Source: Octopus vulgaris
Lineage: Eukaryota
Direction of reading: 5' to 3'
Assembly: GCA_951406725.2 (NCBI GenBank)
Contig: OX597816.1
Coordinates: 53,878,001-53,942,000 of the forward strand
DNA: 64,000 bases
Every line of letters begins with the position of its first letter. The first letter of the stretch is position 1. Shown piece after piece: positions 1 to 11,810 of this stretch. The notes beneath the pieces were generated by a model that was given only the letters and a program-made list of their open reading frames with translations, was not told the DNA's origin and did not search any database. Made by a program: the position numbers and the translations under genes.

Positions 1-806
1 CAAAGACCTCTTGGCTGAGAGGTTGATGTAGAGGACTTGCCTATATTATGATCGGTCACAGTTTTACATAGCTTGTAAGTATGGTTTTATATGACCCTCT
101 AGTCATGCTTCTAACTTCTTATCACTTGGCTTAAAGTCATCTCCTTCAATACTACTCACCAATTCAGTTAAGGGACCTCCTTTGTCTTGCAACTTGATGG
201 CCTCACTGCTACTTGGTGTCACATGAAAAGCACCCTGTACACTCTGTAAAATGGTTGGCATTAGGAAGATTATCTATTCCTAGAAACTATGCCAAAATAG
301 ATGGTAGAGGTTGGTGCAGTTCTTTGGCTCATGAACTCCTGTCAAACTGTCCAGCCCTTGAAAGCATGGAAAGCAGACATTAAATCATCACCATCATTTA
401 ACGTCCATTTTCCATGCTGGCATGGGTTGGACAGTTTGACTGGGGACTGGCAAGCCAGGAGGCTGTTCCACGCTCCAATCTGATCTGGCAATGTTTCTAC
501 AGCTGGATGCCCTTCCTAATGCCAACCAGTCTGAGAGTGTAGTGGGTGCTTGATGATATAGAACATTGGTTGAAAACTATTTTTCATTTTTTTTTTTTCC
601 CACTCACCAATGTCTACATTTTCCTTCACATTTGATTCTGGACCTCACAGAATCACTAAAAAGCATGCTTTACTAACCCTAACATCTGAATATTTTTTAC
701 ATTGTTATATCATTAAATGGGTTTCTGCTTGCTGAAAACTTGATGGTTTGACTCCTATTTTAATGAGCATTTTCTTGTTAGAAAAGGTATTTAAAATATC
801 TTTTTC

Positions 807-986
807 GGTACTACTAGCGACCTGGTGCGTGCATCCGCACTAGCTAGTCGTAAGTAGTCGATCGTGCAACGACTACCTAACAAAGTAAATAAAGCACAAA
901 GTAAGGACCGACTAGTCATGACTAGCTGGCGTAGATGCGCAAGTACGCGAGAGCGCACACCGGGACCACTGTTCTCAAGTAGTACC
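807..986. mobile_element. 180-bp non-autonomous TIR element (MITE) with a 9-bp TSD; Merlin/IS1016-like or Mutator-like
   Basis: Perfect direct repeat ATCTTTTTC at 798-806 and 987-995; termini GGTACTACT/AGTAGTACC; long imperfect internal inverted repeat; CpG-rich compared with the flanks. Confidence 0.8.
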
Positions 987-1302
987 ATCTTTTTCATATA
1001 AGTCCTTTAAGAAAATAACATCCAGCCTTCTTCCCTCTATTCGTTAATTCCTTTGTCAAGTCACCCTTTAAAGGGTTCATTATCACTCAAGACAACGACA
1101 ACAATATTTGGCTTAACAACTAAGACCTGTTACTGTTGTTGGTGTGAGTTCTGTGGTTATGTAATGTGTTAGATGGTTGTGTGTGTCTGGTTAAGAAATT
1201 CACTCCTGAAACCTGTTGTTAGGGGTTTGATCCCTTTTGGTTATAAGACAATTGGTTGGTGTTTTCCACATTAACCTACAGTTAACCATTGCTGTTGGTT
1301 AA

Positions 1303-1555
1303 TCATCATTATCATTATTTAACGTCCGTTTTCCATGCTAGCATGGGTTGGACAGTTCAACTGGGGTCCGGGAAGCCAGAAGGCTGCGCCAGGCCCAGTC
1401 TGATCTGGCAGTGTTTCCTAACGCCAACCACTCCGAGAGTGTAGTGGGTGCTTTTTATGTGCCACCTGCACAAGGTGCCAGACGAGGCTGGCAAACGGCC
1501 ACGATCGGATGGTGCTTTTTATGTGCCACCGGCACGGGGGCCAGACGAGGCTGGT
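1303..1555 (-). mobile_element. RTE 3'-end fragment. Same family at about 389-551, 9043-9393, 10917-11180, 34262-34578, 44932-45303, 47427-47725 and 52551-52775 on -, and 5105-5483, 31084-31575, 53115-53385 and 59722-59962 on +
   Basis: Shared sequence (cat)n-cgtttaacgtccgctttccatgctagcatgggttggac...ccactccgagagtgtagtgggtgctttt. Confidence 0.85.
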
Positions 1556-2294
1556 AGACTTTTTGATAAATGGAAACTGGAAGAAGCACATTGGGTATAT
1601 ATGTATGTGCATGAATGTGTACATACATATATTTTGTTTTGCTTTGTGCATACAGATTGTAAACAAAAGCATCAAATAAATTCATATAAACAGTGTTGGT
1701 GGTTGGCAGCTTTCGGTTGTTTGATACTCTAGAGAAATTATTAGCTGTTGGTGTCAGCAAGATTAAAACAATGAAGATGAGGAGATCTTTTTACATAAAA
1801 GGTTGTTTGCCAATATTTCCCTTATAAAAATATATACTTTTTATTTTTTATTTTTTACTTGTAGGGTTCATGTTCAGAATGTAGGACAAAGGCAATCATG
1901 TCCTGCCACGATTCTCTGTTCTTTGTTTTCTGTAATAGTTCCACTTCCTGGTGTTTAATGCTTCTTTCTTCCAACCATTTCATCAAGCTTCACATCCATA
2001 TTATTTCATACTCTACTCCCATGTACTCTAGCAGGCCTTCAGTTAATCATTATAGACGTTTTTCTGATGACAGTTTGGATGGTCTTAACGGAATCTTCAA
2101 GTTGACGGGATTAAATTCCAGTCATGAAAATAGATATTTCATTCAGTTACTAACTCTGACCTCACTTCCACCTCATACAGCCAAATTCCTGTGTTTTTCC
2201 CTCTGCCAACCTAACCCTGATCACTTTTGTCATCTCCATCCACAATGAAACACCAATCTTCTGGAATTTTCTCCCCCACTCTACATGAAGTGTG

Positions 2295-2505
2295 CAGTAA
2301 TCCTTTGACTATTGTGGGTGTTATGTTTCAAAAACCCCTGCAATAAGTAAAAGTCCACGAAGTAGAAACAGTGCTGTACTGCATATTTTTTTAATATTTT
2401 TATAATTTATATATATTTTATTATAAATGCAAAACAACACCACGGATGAATTTACATAAACGATAAACCACAACAGGTGAAGTGCAATATGGTGAAGGAT
2501 GACTG
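2295..2505. mobile_element. Decayed Tigger/pogo-like MITE
   Basis: Ends CAGTAATCCTTTG and GGTGAAGGATGACTG|TA form imperfect TIRs; AT-rich core. Confidence 0.5.
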
Positions 2506-2662
2506 TATTTATCTAGAATGTTGACCACTCCAATCTGGAAGTCTGCAAAGCTCATTAAACATTTCCTCTAGCACCAAATAAAAGTTTAATCCTGTCTCCT
2601 ACTGTATTAATAATTCCAGTATAAGATGTTTTAACAGTTTCCATTTTTCACTTTATATTCAG

Positions 2663-2686
2663 GAGAATTAAATATTGGTCAACTAG
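2663..2686 (+). CDS. Candidate 24-nt microexon of an unidentified plus-strand gene (ELNIGQL), phase 1 to 1
   Basis: ctttatattcag acceptor, AG|gtaaca donor; open and phase-compatible with exon 3236-3469. Confidence 0.5.
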
Positions 2687-3235
2687 GTAACAGCAAACTT
2701 TGATTGGTCAGCCACGTGGCCAATGTCTGCAGTTATTTAACTGTTGTGATCAATCAGTTTTAGTTTTCCTGGTGGTAGCCACTCTGGCAAGATGACTTCT
2801 GGACTCGATGAGAGACTTGTTGAAGGGAAATTAGTGCCATTATACACTACAGGAATAATTCTGTCAATTAAATTATGATCTTTGATAAAGTCATCTGTTT
2901 AATTCCTTGAAAACGCTGAAAAGGTTTTCGGTTCTAAGTAAGTTAAAAAATCTTACACAACAAATATATAATATCTTTTTAGATGTAATTTTAAGATTAT
3001 GAACCTGAACAGAGATTGAACTTAAGACTAGCTTGTTAACAGATTGGTCAAGAAACTGATAGTAAAAATTATAGACCGATGTGAGGGATAACTTAAGACT
3101 GTCCTGTCATCTGAAAGCATGAGAATAAATCATTTTTTAACTAAAGATTTGTTCTATCTTGAAATGTCAAATTCCTCTGCTACCCTCACCATACAAACTT
3201 ATCCAAACTCCTACACTTATTTCTTTCTATTTCAG

Positions 3236-3469
3236 ACGATATTTCTACAAATATTGCAGCTGCAGCAGTGGAATGTTCTCCTTTTACATCTTCTATTTTG
3301 CAATTTATTTCAGAAAACTTGATTCAACAGCTGAACGACAGTTCATTGGATGATGTCAAGGTGAAACTTGAACCTCAAGATGCCCTTTTTGGACAATTCC
3401 AGACTATGAGGGACACGATGCATGAAGATGCAAAAGTCTATTATCAGAGGCTGAGAGAGCTTGCTGGTC
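3236..3469 (+). CDS. Exon of an unidentified plus-strand gene (DISTNIAAAAVECSPFTSSILQFISENLIQQL...YYQRLRELAG), 234 nt, phase 1 to 1
   Basis: Strong ttctatttcag acceptor and gtaagt donor; open, helical protein-like sequence. Confidence 0.85.
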
Positions 3470-4329
3470 GTAAGTAGAATGCATAATCATTTCCTTGTTT
3501 GCATCAATTGCTTTCTCTCACTCAGAAGGAATGTCTGTTTCCAAATTTTGTCACCCCTCCCTCTGCCAACACAATGTGTTCCTCTCTGCTCTTTTTTTAC
3601 TGCTTTTATGTGACCCCTGCTTCTGACTTGTCCCTTGTTACTTCCTTTTAGGAACTCCTGTCCCACTTGTCTCACTTTCCATTCCCTCCTCTCCAAAACA
3701 TCAACTTCTTGGTTCTTCCCACAGCTGTTAACTTCTGTTTAAGATGAGTGTGGCTATGGGTGCTGCCCCTTCTTCACCCTGACCAAATCAACAAGAAAAA
3801 TTACCTCTCAATTTGCAGGTTGTTTTATTTCATCTGATGAAGTCAATATTGATTGATGACTAACGATTGAAAATATTTGTTTTATTTGTAATTTGATGAC
3901 TAATGATTAAGGATATTCCTCGTTCAGTATTTATGCAAATTGGCAATCTAATTTGAATTGATGGTTAGCTATCTGGTAACAATCCACAGTTGGATTTGCA
4001 GTAGGGATTTTTTCTCTGGACTTTGATCCTTATTCTTATAAGGGGTCAACTAATCCCACCTTTAAAGTGGTTGGGAATGAAACATAGACATGAGGTAGAG
4101 AAGACGGCATTAGTCTTGTTGAGGATATGGCAAACCTCTGCAGTCATACTGATAAAATCAAGCCAGCTTTGTTTGTTAAGCAGTTGTAGTTAGGAAGGGT
4201 ATCCAGTTGTAGAAACGATGCCAGATATGTGAATAGAGACATGGTCCTTTAGGGTTTGAATAACAACTGACCAGGACTCTGATGGTCCATTCAACCCTTC
4301 ATTGTGAAAAAAGATAATTCCTGAGGTGG

Positions 4330-4810
4330 TCATCATCATCATCATCGTTTAATGTCCGCTTTCCATGCTAGCATGGGTTGGACGATTTTGACTCAGGGCT
4401 GACGAACCAGATGGCTGCACCAGGCTCCAATCTTGATTTGGCGGAGTTTCTACAGCTGGATGCCCTTCCTAACACCAACCACTCCAAGAGTGTAGTGGGT
4501 GCTTTTTACGTGCCACCGGCACAGAGGCCAGTCAGGTAGTACTGGCAATGACCTTGCTTGAATCTTTTTACACATGCCACCAGCACAGGTACCAGTAAGC
4601 CGACGTTGGTAACAATCATGCTCAAATGGTGCCCTTTTACGTGTCACCGGCACGGAAGCCAGTTGGCTGCTCTGACAACGATCATGCTCGGATGGTGCTC
4701 TTGGCACCCTACTAGCACGGGCACAAGTGCCAGTAAGGCGATGCTGGTAACAATCACACTCGAATGGTGCCTTTTATGTGCCACTGGCACGGAAGACTGT
4801 TAGCTGCTCG
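4330..4810 (-). mobile_element. RTE 3' end with about 5 diverged 3' UTR modules
   Basis: Repeated ggtgc(c)ttttacgtgccaccggcac units separated by variable hairpin segments. Confidence 0.8.
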
Positions 4811-5724
4811 GCTGGAAATCAGCTTTGCAACCACAAGGTTTCAGGTTCCGTTTTATTGATTCCTTCATTGAGGCTCTTCTACTCTGCAAGATGATCAATA
4901 CCTTGGGAGTGAAATGTGGAAACAGAAATTGTACAAAAGCTGTCTTGAGTGTAGTTTGGTGCTGTTGTGCTGATGGCCATTGCAATAAAATACCCTTGTT
5001 GAAAAATTGGACGATTTGTCTGATAGGAAAAGTAAAACTGATAACAAGAAAATTTCTATTTGGCCATAGAAGACTACTTGTGTCTGCAAGAAAAAGTAAA
5101 TGTATGCCGCCCCGACTGGCTTCCGTGCCGGTGGCACGTAAAAAGCACCATCCAATCGTGGCTGTTGCCAGCCTCGCCTGGCCTCCGTGCTGGTGGCACG
5201 TAAAAAGCACCGTCTGCTCGTGGCTGTTTGCCAGCCTTGTCTGGCACGTAAAAAGCACCGTCCGCTCGTGGCTGTTTGCCAGCCTTGTCTGGCACGTAAA
5301 AAGCACCCACTACACTCATGGAGTGGTTGGCATTAGGAAAGGCATCCAGCCGTAGAAACATTGCCAGATCAGACTGGGCCTGGTGCAGCCTTCTGGCTTC
5401 CCAGACCCCAGTTGCACCATCCAACCCATGCCAGCATGGAAAGCGGACGCTAAACAATGATGGTGATGATGATGATGATGACACTAATCGTGATGATGAT
5501 GATGAGGAGGATTAGTTTTATCAGTGTCTAATACTGAAATCTAAAATGGCTGCAAGCATGGGTGGATGATTCAAAAGCTTGCTTCCCAACCACATGGTCT
5601 TGGGTTCAGACCTTTTGTGTAGCAGCATGGGCAAGTTTCTTCTACTGAAAACCGTACACTGACTAAAGCCTTTGGATTTAATTGGAGGAAACTGAAAGAA
5701 GCTTGTCATGTATATACACATAAT

Positions 5725-8567
5725 TGCTTAACATCCATTTCCTATGCTGGCACGAGTTGGACAGTTCGACATGGAGCTAGCCAGCAGGGGAGCCATTTAA
5801 TTGTCTCTTGTGGCATGGCTTCTACAGCTGGATGCCCTTCCTAATGCTAAACCCATAACAGTGTGCAGGGTGCTCACTGGCATGGATGCATATTATGCAG
5901 CACTGGCACAGGTGCATTTTATGCAGAACTTGCAAAGGACATTCCTGTATATATGGATGATTGCAATTTTACTTAGCTTGACTTATTTTCTTAAGTACAG
6001 CAAATTGCCACAACACCTAGTCCCTTGTTATTTCCTCAGTGAGGCCCCAGTGTCTGAAGATCTTTTTTTCACCACTTCATCCCACATCTTCTTGGTCCCC
6101 TTTCACTTCTTTATGCAGCTGTCCTCAGCCATACACATCACATGACCAATCCAGCGCAGACTTCTCTCTTGAACATAACATCTGATTCTTCTTATACCCA
6201 GTTTTGTTTTTAAACCATTTAAACTCTGTTGTGTGTGCACACTGACATTACCCATCCAGCAGAGCATGCTAGCTTCATTTCTTTCAGGTCTTTGCAAGTT
6301 CTCTGTTGTCAAAGCCCATGTTTCACTGCCATGTAATATAACTGTACATACAAAGGCATCATACAATCTGCCTTTCACTCTGAGGGAGAGGTCCTTAGTT
6401 ACCAACAAAGGCAGAAGCTCTCTGAACTTTTCCCTGCCTATTCTTATTCTAGCAACTACACTTTCAGAACTTCCTCCTCCACTGCTAGGTTTTTGCTGAA
6501 TTAACTCTAAGGCCCTTAGATTCCAGGTTTTGCTTCCACACCTGACATTTCTTCTCTAGGTGAAGTAGTGATTCAGCTATAAGAACAAGGTCATTAGAGT
6601 ATAGGAGCTCCCAGGGACAGCCAGTCTTGAATTCCTCTGTTAAGGCCTGGAGGACTAAAATAAACAAGAAGAGGCTGAGAACTGATCCTTGGCGAACTCC
6701 TACCTATACACTGTTATACTCATCACCAACCTTCACCTTACTGGCAGCATCCCTGTACATGGCTTGTTCAGCTCTCACTACCCACTCATCTATCTCTAGA
6801 TTTCCCCAGTAGCTACCAGATAAAGGAGTGCTGTACCCTGTGGATGGCTTTCTCCATTTTGACAGAAGCCAGATACAGAGGTTTATTCTTGGCTAAGTAT
6901 TTCTCCTGCAGTTGCCTACCCAAGAATATAGTATCACTTGTGCTTCTACCTGGCACAAATCCAAATTGCATCTCATCTACACTAACTCTCTTTCTAATCT
7001 AGCTATGACCCTTTCTGTCCTTTTAATCACCTGGTCCTGCAATTTGATGCCTCTGTAATTGTGTCTGTCTCTGTCATCACCTTTACTTTTGTAGCAGTTA
7101 ATTATAGTGCTGCTGTACACTAATCATTGGATATGACTCGCTTGTGGACAACCTGATTAATTATATGGGTGACAAGGCCATATTCTATTCCACAAGATAT
7201 TCTAAGCATCTTAGCAGTGATTTTATGATGGGCCGAGGGCTTTCCCTGTCTTCATATCCTTAACTGGTTTATCTACCAAGCTACTGTTGATTCAGATAGC
7301 TGATCCCTGAGTTGGGTCAACATTTGCATTCTCCACATTTAGCAGCCTTTCATAATAGCATTCCAAGCCTCTTTCTTTGCAGAAACATTAAATGCAAGTG
7401 AACCATCATCCTTGCAGACACATTTCTCTCCTAAGACATCATGATTTTCTCTCACTGTCTTGCAATCCAAAACACTGAATTTCTGGTCCTCATGTCACAA
7501 AACATTGGCAAACTTCTTTTCTGCTTCTTCTCGGGCTTTCAGGCGTATTTCTTTTCTCTAATAGCCCTGTCAACAACACTGTTCTACTACTATGTCACCT
7601 TAATTTGAGAAAGGATTTGCACTAGCCACAAATAATTCAGTGGCCCTCAGCAAATTGTCCTGTTGGAACCTCCAGTTGTCCTCCATGTTATATGTTACTA
7701 TATCCTCCTCTTTTTTGTTAAATGCTTCAAGTCTCTAAATCTCTGACCATTCAGACAATCCTTAAGCTTCCAGACCTTTTTTTCCGCATTGGTTGTCTTC
7801 TAGGCAGCCTTTTTGCCCCGCTTCTTAAGTCGCTAACAACTAACCAAAGTTGAGGGGTGCATTCTTCCCCTTTAGGCATTTATAAGCAGCTATCTTTCCC
7901 GTCTTCTGGTGAGAATGTAGTCAATCTGGCTAGTGTGCCCACAAGGTGACTGGCGTGTTTCCTGAAGTTAGTACTGCAAATCATAAGGTCATTTGCATCA
8001 CAGAACTCTAGCAACCTGCTTCCCTCCTCATTACGGAAATCAAATCTCTTGCCACCATGCACGTCATGGAAGCCACTCGGACGTTGCCTGACATGCCTGT
8101 TGAAGGCACCAGCCACAAAGAAAAGTTCACTGTCAACAAGATAGTTTGCAAAACAGTGTTATAAAATCTTTCTGTTCATCAGGTAGTCCCAGCTGAGAAG
8201 TATAAGCCAATATAATGGTTGCTGTTCCACTAGTCTAAGCTTAAGTATTCTATCACATACTCTGACTACTTGATTACTGTATCAGCCCATTTCTCAGCAA
8301 AAAATATGCCCACATCACCAACACCAACGCTCTTCTCTACCCAGAAGATTTTATGGCTATGCTCTTTACCTGTGAAGAACCTAGCAGAACCTCCTTTCCA
8401 TCTTACCTTTTGAATGCAGCACACCTCTACACACTTCTGTTCCCACATCGCAACAATCTCACCAGACCTACCTTATAATGTGACCACACTAAATCTGCCA
8501 GCACTAAGGGTGTGGGAAATGTGAACTGAGGAGACATAGGAATGGGTCGGGGGACAGCATTCTGCAT
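5725..8567 (-). mobile_element. Decayed RTE-clade LINE (APE endonuclease, reverse transcriptase and 3' UTR)
   Basis: Fragments CCIQKVRWKG, RNEEGSRLLEFCDANDLMICSTNFRK, ELLYSNDLVLIAES and KGRLYDAFVCTVILHGSETWALT, with stops and frameshifts. Confidence 0.9.
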
Positions 8568-8782
8568 CTAAAAAGAAAGTTCTCATGCACATTTCCCAGA
8601 GATGCTGTATAAGTTCAGATAGTTTTCAGTCTGCATTTACTTCATTGCCATTTCATTTGCTTCATGGTCACTACATTTACCAGGAGATAGCTGCTAGAGA
8701 GAGGAGGAGGCAGCATGCTGTGTGGGTTTCCAATAGAGGTTCTAGGAGAAAGACTTCGGGTACAGGTGAAGCGGATGGTATA

Positions 8783-8997
8783 GGCAAGCTGGTAGAAACG
8801 TTAGCACGCCGGGTGAAATGCGTAGCCGTATTTCGTCTGCCGTTACGTTCTGAGTTCAAATACCGCCGAGGTCGACTTTGCCTTTCATCCTTTCGGGGTT
8901 GATAAATTAAGTACCAGTTACGCACTGGGGTCGATGTAATCAACTTAATCCATTTGTCTGTGTTTAGCCCCTTTGGGTAGTAAAGAAATAGGTATAG
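8783..8997 (+). mobile_element. Second SINE family with a Nin/Deu-like domain. Copies at 18245-18480, 31130-31356, 37560-37760 and 37805-38010 on -
   Basis: gagttcaaat B-box-like motif; gcctttcatcctttcggggt(t/c)gataaattaagtacc core; tail aaagaaataggtat; flanking direct repeats. Confidence 0.8.
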
Positions 8998-9773
8998 GCA
9001 AGCGCACCATGAAGGACCAAGCAGCGTGGCTACCCTAGACCGACATCATCATCATCGTTTAACGTCCGCTTTCCATGCTAACATGGGTTGGACGGTTTGA
9101 TTGGGGTCTGGGAAGCCAGGAGGCTGCACCAGGCCCAGTCTGATCTGGCAGTGTTTCTACAGCTGGATGCCCTTCCTAATGCCAACCACTCCGTGAGTGT
9201 AGTGGGTGCTTTTTACATGCCACTGGCACAGAGGCCAGTCAAGGCAACGCTGGCAACGGCCATGTTCGGATGGTTCTTTTACGTGCCACCGGCACTGGTA
9301 TCACAGCTACAATTTCCATTGATTTTTGATTGATTTCGATTTCACTTGCCTCAACAGGTCTTCGCAAGCAGAGTTTTGTGTCACAAGAAGGTATATAAAA
9401 TATCTACAGAAAGTGAAAGCTATTATTTTACATATAGCATAGAAAAAAAGCAAAATTTTAAACATAAACATAACATGAGCAAGATAAAATAGAGAACCTA
9501 AACAGAATGAAGAGGTGACGATTCACCAGGTTTCCACATCTATCATTATTTAATGCCTTCTTTTTCATGCTAGCATGGTTGTAAATGAGTATCATTGTCA
9601 TTTCCATTCTTCTGTGAAAAAACATGCCTGGCCGTAGGGGAAAATATTACCTTTCTTGGAAACAGGTGAAGATTATTGGCAGGATAGGTATCTGGCTGTA
9701 GAAAATCTACCTCGACAAATTCTGTCTGACTCAAGCTTGAAAAAAATGGACATTAGATGATGATAGTTAAAGA

Positions 9774-10140
9774 AGGCGCAGGAGTGGCTGTGTGGTAAGT
9801 AGCTTGCTAACCAACCACATGGTTCCAGGTTCAGTCCCACTGCGTGGCATCTTGGGTAAGTTTCTTCTGCTATAGCCCCGGGCCAACCAGTGCCTTGTGA
9901 GTGGATTTGGTAGACGGAAACTGAAAGAAGCCTGTCGTATATATGTATGTGTTTGTCCCCCTAGCATTGCTTGACAACCAATGCTGGTGTGTTTACGCCC
10001 CCGTCACTTAGCGGTTTGGCAAAAGAGACCGATAGAATAAGTACTGGGCTTACAAAGAATAAGTCCCGGGGTCGATTTGCTCGACTAAAGGCGGTGCTCC
10101 AGCATGGCCGCAGTCAAATGACTGAAACTAGTAAAAGAGA
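9774..10140 (+). mobile_element. tRNA-derived SINE with an internal (TA/TG)n. Copies at about 13903-14300, 14755-15105, 21190-21450, 23780-24090, 38258-38490, 55767-55972 and 59963-60205 on +, and 17415-17806 and 39300-39550 on -
   Basis: Head ggcgcaggagtggctgtgtggtaag...ggttcagtccc (pol III A/B-box-like), shared body, tail ctgaaacaagtaaaagag. Confidence 0.88.
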
Positions 10141-11179
10141 GATAGAGAGAATACTTTTGTAATGGAATGCTCATCTAAAGCAAAATAGTGGTATTGAACA
10201 ACTAAAGTACAACTATGAGGGGGACAGAGGCAGGCTAAAGTGTGAGAGTAGCACCGACACCTGAGAAAGAAATACAATTTGTAACAAGGTCAATTTGCGT
10301 CAGGTAGGCAAGGTTTTTGTCATTGATTTAGCCTTATTATTAGTTTCTAGCATATCAACCATGTAGAAATAAAAGGTTAACCTTTTAGCATCTAAACTGC
10401 CCATATCTGGCCGAAATATTCTACGTGTTTTATGTTCATCCAACCAGATCCAGCTTCTCACACCTTTCCTACAATGTCATTATAAAAATTACATCATCAA
10501 AATCTCAAAGCTACAAAGATAAAGCATGATTAATTCAAAACCATGAATAAATGGACATCACATTTGAGAGAATAATCTGAATGGGAAATGGTTAATGGTA
10601 AATATTGGAAATAAGAATGAAGCAAAATAGAATAATGTTTATTTGGGGCAGTTCCTGGAAATTTAATGGCTGGGTTTCAGTCTTATCAGGATTGGAGAGT
10701 CTTCAGACAGGATGGTCACAGACTCTGTTTATTCAAACTGTTAAACACATAATTTTGTTTGAAAACAAGAGGTCGGATTGTATAATATGTATAGAGAACG
10801 TTTGGGCTAAATTTCACAGGAAAAGAAAATAGAATATTCCATCCAAAAATAAAAATATTTTGAACAATAAAAAGAAAAATATCGACCTGGATTATAGCTG
10901 GGGGATAACAGATTACTCATCATCATCATCGTTTAACGTCCGTTCTCCATGCTAGCATGGGTTGGACGGTTCTGGGAAGCCAGAAGGCTGCACCAGGCTC
11001 CAGTCTTATCTGGCAATGTTTCTACAGCTGGATGCCCTTCCTAACGCCAACCACTCCGTGAGTGTAGTGGGTGCTTTTTACGTGCCACCTGCACAGGTGC
11101 CAGGCGAGGCTGGCAACGACCACGGTCGGATTGGTGTATTTTATGTGCCACCGGCACGGAAGCCAGTTGAGGCGGCGCA

Positions 11180-11750
11180 AGTATCCATATTTAGTTTCAA
11201 CCATGGCCTCAACTGACAAATGCATTCCTCAGTGTGTCCCTGAGAAGATTTTTGAATACCTTCTTGATCATGGTCACCAGTGTTGCTTTGGTATTGCAAA
11301 CGGAGTGCATGGGGTTTCTTAACCACACCCACACACAGTAATCCATGGTATTACAATTGGGGAGAGAATTAGGAGGCCAGAAATTGGGGCTAGTGAAGTC
11401 ATAAAAATTCTCAAGGAACCAGATCTTGCTGCCACACATATGACCTTCAAGCAGTAACCCTCTCCAGCCAAGGTTTGACCAGTTTCTCTCAGCTTCATGT
11501 AACTATCTGAATTGAGCTTAAGGCCCTGTTCAAGGATGGAGTGGGATGGGAGGGAATTCTGGCATGCAAGTGCAGTAAGAATGCTTACTTTGTCCTTTCC
11601 TGCTGGACACAGCTTCATAGTCTCTGTTGCAGCAATCCATGTCACATCCTTTAGCCTTTACAGCATTCACAGAGTTTTGAGCAGCAGTCATGATATTGGC
11701 ATTTTGTCTGTAAATCATTGTGATAAGATGGTCTTCCATTCTTGACCATC
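11180..11750 (-). mobile_element. Tc1/mariner superfamily transposase relic
   Basis: FWPPNSLPNCNTMDYCVW resembles the WPPNSPDLNPLDYxVW catalytic-end motif; heavily disrupted. Confidence 0.65.
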
Positions 11751-11810
11751 CTGCTTTCTAAGGGGGACAATATTTAATGTGAATTGGCATCTATTTCTGG
11801 CAAGTAAAAC

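Noticed and set aside
782-786. Possible 5-nt microexon (ttag|AAAAG|gtattt), and a possible exon at 1865-1891 with a GC donor
   Set aside because: I cannot reconcile their phases with the downstream exons without transcript data.
780-1090. The complement read without reversal shows short open frames, one ending TAA TAG TGA
   Set aside because: This is not a biological reading direction, and the odd composition is explained by the 807-986 TIR element.
4495-5305. CRISPR-like repeat/spacer appearance
   Set aside because: The 'spacers' are homologous to each other, the array belongs to a LINE 3' UTR, the context is eukaryotic and there are no cas genes.
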